A DNA stretch of 23,269 bases from Candidatus Phoenicimicrobium oleiphilum (GTDB lineage Bacteria > Atribacterota > Phoenicimicrobiia > Phoenicimicrobiales > Phoenicimicrobiaceae): positions 1-23,269 of the forward strand of contig JBDIWJ010000029.1 in assembly GCA_039638295.1 (NCBI GenBank), in the 5' to 3' direction. The position numbers and the translations under genes are program-made. Shown piece by piece: positions 18,589 through 23,269 of this stretch. The notes below the pieces were generated by a model. The model worked only from the letters and a program-made list of their open reading frames with translations, ran no database searches and was not told the origin of the DNA. Each line of letters begins with the position of its first letter. The first letter of the stretch is position 1.

Positions 18589-19194
18589 TTAGGCTTTAGG
18601 ATTCAGTTCTTTCTCCTCTGTCTCCTGAATTCTGGTTCCTGCATTCTGTTCTTTTATCATTGCATTTTGAATTAAGCTAAACACCCCATAAAACATTAAA
18701 AAATCTCCTACACTTACTACTGAGGGGTCAGGAAAAGGTGGAGGCAAGGGAATAACATCAGCTAAAAATCTGAATAAAGTCTTTTCAGTTATCAGGGTAT
18801 GAGTAATATGAGTCCCTTCTTTTAAGCTAAGAGCAAAATTATCCAATCCTACTTTATATAAACTGTCTAACAAAACTGGCATATGGCCACCATTGGCCAG
18901 GATAACTATAAAATTAAACATTATTCCCAGAGCAATAAAATTCATTCCTTTCAACTTTTTATTATACCAAACTGCTAATAGAAGCACAATATAAGAGAAG
19001 ATCATAGCATAGGAACTATAATCAAGAACAAATTTTACTTTCCTTGCCCCCAGAAAGATTAACCCAGCTTGCATTAGACAAGCTAATAATATTAATTCTA
19101 TTCTCTTTAATGAGAACTGGGTTAAGTTGGTTAAATTACCTTTACGAAGCATTCCTATTACTATAGAAAAAATTATAATATATAAATATAACAT
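18589..19194 (-). CDS. DUF5317-family membrane protein
   Basis: Hydrophobic helices with GIMFNFIVILANGGHMPV, FLADVI and VVSVGD motifs; its ATG directly abuts the HD-GYP stop codon. Family recognised from memory. Confidence 0.82.
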   Translation of the reverse strand: MLYLYIIIFSIVIGMLRKGNLTNLTQFSLKRIELILLACLMQAGLIFLGARKVKFVLDYSSYAMIFSYIVLLLAVWYNKKLKGMNFIALGIMFNFIVILANGGHMPVLLDSLYKVGLDNFALSLKEGTHITHTLITEKTLFRFLADVIPLPPPFPDPSVVSVGDFLMFYGVFSLIQNAMIKEQNAGTRIQETEEKELNPKA

Positions 19195-20433
19195 CTATTC
19201 TTTTCTTTCTCTTTCCAGAATGGAAATTAGTGCCTTAACTATTTTGGGGTCAAACTGTTTGCCAGATTGGTCCTTCAACTCTTTCATTATTTTATCTTTA
19301 CTAAGTTTTTTTCTATAAGGACGATCAGAACCCATTGCATCATAAGCATCTGCTACCGCAATTATGCGGGCAAATAGAGGTATGCCTTCCTCTTTTTTGC
19401 CATTGGGATAACCACTTCCATTAAATCTTTCGTGGTGATGATAAATTGCCTTATAAGATTTTTTCAAAAACTCTACTGGTTCTACAATTTTCGCACCTAC
19501 AATGGTATGCTCTTTTATTTTTTTAAACTCTTCTTCAGTGAGGTCATCGTCTTTACCTAAAATCCTTTCATCAACCCCTATCTTCCCTATATCATGAAGT
19601 AAAGCAGCATATTCTAAGTTTTCAATTTCTCCTTCGGGTAAATTTAATTCTCGAGCTAAGGCTACAGCCATTTGGGCAACTCTTTCAGAATGGCCCTTAG
19701 TATAAGGGTCTTTGGCATCGATAGCTGCAGCTAAAGTACGAATAGTCTCTAAATACATCTTTCTCATCTTAGTATATAACTCAAAAGAACGGCGAGCCAA
19801 TAATAAAGGGAGAAAGAATAACAAAATACCCACAATCCCAACTTGCACATATATAATAGCCATAAGAAAACCAAGAGGAGCTTCTGCTAAATAAGTAGGC
19901 AAATTCTCTTTAAAATTTACTCTCCAAACTGTACTAATACTACTCACTTGAGCTAATGATATAACTACGGTAACTAATATCAAATTCATAAAACAGTAAG
20001 TAAGGGCACATAAAGTAGCAGGAAATATAAATCTAAAAAAATTCTGAAATCCAATAATCCCACCACTATATTGATAAACAAGACCAGCAATTCCAGCTGA
20101 TAAAGCATATTGAGAGGAATCAAATACTATTTTATACCAAGCTGACTTACCTTTTATTATCTCATAAATTACCAAACCTGAGGCTGTTACCAGCATCGCT
20201 AAAGCCGGACCATAAACTAAAATCAATACAAAATCTATGGGAAAACCTATTGTCATATGTCCACCCTTAGGTAATTCAACAGGAATAAATTCAGAAAAGA
20301 CCGATAAAATCAGAAAAAAAATAAATACCAAATATTTATCAGGGGTTAAAGTAAAAGAAGGTGTTAAATAAATAAAAAGGAGCATGGCTAATCCTGCCAA
20401 TAATCCAATATAAACTTTTAATTTTGTTGTCAA
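19195..20433 (-). CDS. Membrane-anchored HD-GYP cyclic-dinucleotide phosphodiesterase with multi-TM N-terminal sensor
   Basis: About 215-aa hydrophobic N-terminus, then DAKDPYTKGHSERV, LLHDIGK, HHERFNGSGYP, IAVADAYDAM, RPYR and QFDP; TTG start with GGAGG RBS (20444-20448). Confidence 0.92.
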   Translation of the reverse strand: MTTKLKVYIGLLAGLAMLLFIYLTPSFTLTPDKYLVFIFFLILSVFSEFIPVELPKGGHMTIGFPIDFVLILVYGPALAMLVTASGLVIYEIIKGKSAWYKIVFDSSQYALSAGIAGLVYQYSGGIIGFQNFFRFIFPATLCALTYCFMNLILVTVVISLAQVSSISTVWRVNFKENLPTYLAEAPLGFLMAIIYVQVGIVGILLFFLPLLLARRSFELYTKMRKMYLETIRTLAAAIDAKDPYTKGHSERVAQMAVALARELNLPEGEIENLEYAALLHDIGKIGVDERILGKDDDLTEEEFKKIKEHTIVGAKIVEPVEFLKKSYKAIYHHHERFNGSGYPNGKKEEGIPLFARIIAVADAYDAMGSDRPYRKKLSKDKIMKELKDQSGKQFDPKIVKALISILERERKE

Positions 20434-20458
20434 ATTAAAATTACCTCCAATTAAAAGT

Positions 20459-20761
20459 AAAAATTAGGTCGGAGAACCTTTATTTATATCCTTAGACTAA
20501 TAATTTTAGATTTATTATCTATATTGATTTTCTATGACTTACTATCCCCATTTAGCTTTAGCGCCACCAGCTAATAACAGAGCCATGACACTAATTAATA
20601 GGCTGATCAGTTTTGCCTTATTAATCTTCATCGTGAGCACCTCCACGGTTTCTATTTGTCTTTCCGACATTTAAAACCGCTTCGCTTCGCTCGATAATAC
20701 TACTACTACATCGATTACTATATTATTGTTTCTAAATAAAGGCCTCACCGACCTAATTTTT
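20459..20761. repeat. About 28-bp inverted repeat enclosing the small peptide ORF
   Basis: AAAAATTAGGTCGG-agaa-CCTTTATTTA (20459-20486) versus TAAATAAAGG-cctca-CCGACCTAATTTTT (20733-20761): perfect blocks of 14 and 10 bp. Confidence 0.85.
20542..20631 (-). CDS. Unannotated 29-aa signal-peptide-like precursor MKINKAKLISLLISVMALLLAGGAKAKWG
   Basis: GGAGGTG RBS (20638-20644) 6 nt before ATG; tandem TAG TAA stops; basic N-region, hydrophobic core and short AGGAKAKWG tail; co-oriented with the operon. Confidence 0.8.
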   Translation of the reverse strand: MKINKAKLISLLISVMALLLAGGAKAKWG

Positions 20762-20766
20762 TTATT

Positions 20767-21450
20767 TTATTTTATTAAAATCCTGCGATTAGTAGCCTTA
20801 AGAATTGCCTTCACTATTGCTTTATTAAAATCATCACCAATCACCGCAGAACCCACTAAATTTTCCTTTCCTTTAGAATCTACCAGATTGATAGAAACTA
20901 CGACTATCTCTTTGCTGTCTAACTTAATCTTCTTTATTTCATCTATTTGAAAGAATATTGAACCCTCCAAATAAGAACTTATCCCTTCTAAGGTAGCTTT
21001 AGCTACTAAATATTCCTGATTTTGATTCCAATTTTTTCCAGATGCTTTACCTTCATATATCTTTTTATTGCCTTCTAACCGAACTAAGACTTCATAATAA
21101 TTACCAATTGTAGTATCTTTAATATCGGAAAACTTGAGTCTCAGGGGAAATTCCGCATCCTCCTTCATTTGTTCTTCTTTTACCTCGTCTTCTTTTACTT
21201 GAGCTATACTAATTTTTCTATAATCTACTTGAATATTATATTTAGCCAATAAAAATGATTCTATATCTCGAGTAACTTTTTTGGGATTAGAAGAATCTTT
21301 GGTAATTACATGAATTTCTTTTATATCTCTATCCTCTGATAATACAATTTTTACAAACAGAATATCACTCAGTACTTTTAGTGATCTTTCTATATCTTCT
21401 ACGTCATAATTAAAATTACGGGAGACTTTACCTAATTCATTTTTCCCCAT
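20767..21450 (-). CDS. Conserved hypothetical cytoplasmic protein (two alpha/beta domains)
   Basis: EIHVI...PKKVTRDIES...VDYRKISIAQ N-domain and LVGSA...AIVKAILKATNR C-terminus. ATG 21450 has a GGAGG RBS just after the hpf stop. Confidence 0.75.
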   Translation of the reverse strand: MGKNELGKVSRNFNYDVEDIERSLKVLSDILFVKIVLSEDRDIKEIHVITKDSSNPKKVTRDIESFLLAKYNIQVDYRKISIAQVKEDEVKEEQMKEDAEFPLRLKFSDIKDTTIGNYYEVLVRLEGNKKIYEGKASGKNWNQNQEYLVAKATLEGISSYLEGSIFFQIDEIKKIKLDSKEIVVVSINLVDSKGKENLVGSAVIGDDFNKAIVKAILKATNRRILIK

Positions 21451-21460
21451 AAATTCCTCC

Positions 21461-22000
21461 TTAAAATTCCGGTTCAATTAATCCGAAATTTCCATCTTTT
21501 CTTTTATATAGAACATTAACTTTATTAGTATTATCATTGGCAAAGACAAAGAAATTATGTCCTAATAAATTCATCTGCATCGCTGCTTCTTCTATCGACA
21601 TCGGTTTAATGGCAAATCTCTTAGTCTTTACAATTTTAGGCACCTTAGTCGATTTACTTTCCTCAAAACTAATTTCTTCATCAATTAACTCAATTTTATT
21701 GGTATTGGGATAAGGCTTTTGAAAATACTTTTCTTTATATTTTTGGATCTGTCTTTCCAGTTTATCTACAACTTTATCTATAGAAGTATACATATCATTG
21801 GTTTCTTCTTCGGCTCTAATCAAAGCCCTATTGGTTTGTAAGGTTACTTCAACAATCTGCCTGTTCTTTTCCACACTAAAAGTTACTATTACTTCTAAGA
21901 TATGATCAAAATGTCTCTCAATCTTGCTTAATCTTTTTTCCACATAATTACGTAATGCATCTGTCACCTCAATATGTTTTCCTTTAAAAATAATATTCAT
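21461..22000 (-). CDS. hpf: Ribosome hibernation promoting factor, long form (HPF/RaiA)
   Basis: GKHIEVTDALRNYVEKRLSK, DMYTSIDKVVDKLERQI and C-terminal KPMSIEEAAMQMNLLGHNFFVF...YKRKDGNFGLIEP. Confidence 0.96.
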   Translation of the reverse strand: MNIIFKGKHIEVTDALRNYVEKRLSKIERHFDHILEVIVTFSVEKNRQIVEVTLQTNRALIRAEEETNDMYTSIDKVVDKLERQIQKYKEKYFQKPYPNTNKIELIDEEISFEESKSTKVPKIVKTKRFAIKPMSIEEAAMQMNLLGHNFFVFANDNTNKVNVLYKRKDGNFGLIEPEF

Positions 22001-22037
22001 ATCTTCTCCTCCTTTAGTAATAGTTTACTATAGTTAT

Positions 22038-22064
22038 ATTCTCCATACAGGTAAAAAACCCTTT
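22038..22064 (-). promoter_or_regulatory. Candidate SigH-type promoter of hpf
   Basis: On -: AAAGGGTTT-N11-GGAGAAT, close to the SigH consensus RNAGGAAWW-N11/12-RNNGAAT. Confidence 0.5.
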
Positions 22065-22146
22065 TTATTTTTATAATTTTTTTATAATTTTTTAAAAAAT
22101 TTTTCTATCTATCTACTTATATCATATCTTAAACTTTTCTTTCTAC

Positions 22147-22373
22147 CGCCCTTCCTTAGACTGACCTGGTCTTTGCCCCCACACTCGCCTGCTGAGAGGT
22201 TCGCTCAGGAAATTCTTCCTTTACTACTACTCTTCTCTTATTGTAATACCTTATAAAGGTTAAGGCAGGACTTACCCCAAAGCCGCACCATGCTCAGTAA
22301 CCAAAGTTACCTTACGTGGGTCGTTTTGCCTGCGACTGGCCTCGACTTTCAACCACAGCTCTAAGAAAGGGCG
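22147..22373 (-). ncRNA. raiA motif RNA
   Basis: GC-rich island between comFC and hpf/raiA, closed by a CGCCCTTTCTTAGA...TCTAAGGAAGGGCG stem. Contains GGTTGAAAGTCGAGGCCAGTCGCAGGCAAAACGACCCACGTAAG, GAGCATGGTGCGGCTT, GTAAGTCCTGCC and GCAGGCGAGTGTGGGGGCAAAGACCAGGTCA, matching the raiA motif as I recall it. Confidence 0.88.
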
Positions 22374-22384
22374 ATACTTTATCT

Positions 22385-23143
22385 TTACACACTTCTGGCT
22401 AAAGTTAAAACAAAAATATTCTTTGTTCCTGCCTTCTTTAATTCTTTAGCACATTCTTCTACAGTAGAGCCGGTAGTAAATATATCATCTAAGATTAATA
22501 TATTTTTCTCTTTAACTTCTTTCGATTCATTTACAAAAAAGGCTTTAAAAATATTCTTATCTCTTTCTTTTTTGGATAAATTAACCTGTGAAGGGGTTAA
22601 TCTTTTCTTTATTAATACCTCCTCTTTTACGGGGATAGAAAAATGATTTCCAATAATTTTAGCCAATAAAACACTCTGATTAAAACCCCGTTCTTTTAAA
22701 TCGTTTTTATGTAAAGGGACCGGGATTATTAAATCAATTAACTCTCTAAACTCCTCGTTTTTTGTTAAATAATCTATCAATAGTTTCCCTAAAGGTTTAG
22801 CTAATTTTTTCTCTCCATAATATTTAAAGAGATGGATACATTCCCTTAAAACTCCATCATATCTCCCCACAGAACGAGCAAATTCGAAGGAATATTTTTT
22901 CTTTTTACAATCAACACAAAAGATATTTTGCTCTTGTCTAAATAAATCTACAGATATTAATAAAGGCTTATTACATTTCACACAATATGGTTTATCAATT
23001 AATTCAATAGTTTTAAAACAATCCTCACAGATTGAATATCCCTTAGATTCTCTAATAGGTTTTCCGCATATTTTGCAATCTAATGGAAAAACAAGATTAA
23101 GTAATCCTTCTTTTACATATTCTATCATATTTTGAGTATCCAT
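22385..23143 (-). CDS. comFC: ComF family protein (double zinc ribbon + PRTase domain)
   Basis: FPLDCKIC, ICEDC, CVKC and CVDC zinc ribbons; IPVPLH, RGFNQS and ILDDIFTTGST. Confidence 0.93.
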   Translation of the reverse strand: MDTQNMIEYVKEGLLNLVFPLDCKICGKPIRESKGYSICEDCFKTIELIDKPYCVKCNKPLLISVDLFRQEQNIFCVDCKKKKYSFEFARSVGRYDGVLRECIHLFKYYGEKKLAKPLGKLLIDYLTKNEEFRELIDLIIPVPLHKNDLKERGFNQSVLLAKIIGNHFSIPVKEEVLIKKRLTPSQVNLSKKERDKNIFKAFFVNESKEVKEKNILILDDIFTTGSTVEECAKELKKAGTKNIFVLTLARSV

Positions 23144-23188
23144 ACTAACCTTTATTTAGTCGTTAGTGAATAGTGAATAGTTGTTATA

Positions 23189-23247
23189 TAGCATAAGATC
23201 GTGTACTCGTTTTAATGTTTAATATTGTAGCATAAGATCGTGCACTC
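23189..23247. repeat. 20-bp direct repeat pair upstream of comFC
   Basis: TAGCATAAGATCGTGTACTC (23189-23208) and TAGCATAAGATCGTGCACTC (23228-23247): 1 mismatch, 39-bp period. Confidence 0.8.
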
Positions 23248-23269
23248 TTAATCAGGAAGTTCGTAGTCA

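Noticed and set aside
20542..20631. Peptide as an AgrD thiolactone precursor, lipoprotein or type I toxin
   Set aside because: No Cys, no AgrD-like acidic tail and no agrB. A type I toxin is not excluded, since such mRNAs also have 5'-3' pairing, but no antisense RNA is evident and the operon context favours signalling.
20645..20760. c-di-GMP-I riboswitch upstream of the HD-GYP gene
   Set aside because: The GCAAACC...GAAA...GGGACGCAAA-type consensus is not present.
248..20950. All plus-strand ORFs in the track (e.g. 248-448, 477-746, 500-859, 2988-3287, 5160-5447, 11883-12218, 15190-15459, 15719-15997, 20726-20950)
   Set aside because: They are antisense shadows of well-supported minus-strand genes and show no recognisable motifs.
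23189..23247. Possible CRISPR array
   Set aside because: Only two 20-bp units with a 19-nt spacer, the third expected position (23267) does not match, and there are no cas genes.

Overview
AT-rich bacterial chromosomal window from an anaerobe with a Firmicutes-like gene order; Atribacterota-like is a guess I cannot verify. All credible genes are on the minus strand. In transcription order (right to left): comFC, raiA-motif ncRNA, long hpf/raiA, conserved hypothetical, an unannotated 29-aa peptide ORF enclosed by a long inverted repeat, membrane HD-GYP phosphodiesterase, DUF5317 membrane protein, secA, prfB (programmed +1 frameshift), etfB, ferredoxin-fused etfA, small membrane protein, cyclodeaminase/cyclohydrolase, a degenerate rpiR 5' duplicate, a secreted C69 peptidase bracketed by 17-bp inverted repeats, rpiR, long KamA-family radical SAM enzyme, TAXI-TRAP transporter (SBP, DUF1850, fused permease), GntR regulator, ferredoxin, and a 2-oxoacid:ferredoxin oxidoreductase alpha subunit cut by the window edge. 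The best candidate for a new system is the peptide / HD-GYP receptor / DUF5317 module, which looks like peptide signalling coupled to cyclic-dinucleotide hydrolysis. Also notable are the inverted-repeat-bounded peptidase cassette that appears to have captured a duplicated rpiR promoter, and a KamA enzyme with the glutamate 2,3-aminomutase residue signature. All calls were made by eye; no database searches or folding programs were run.
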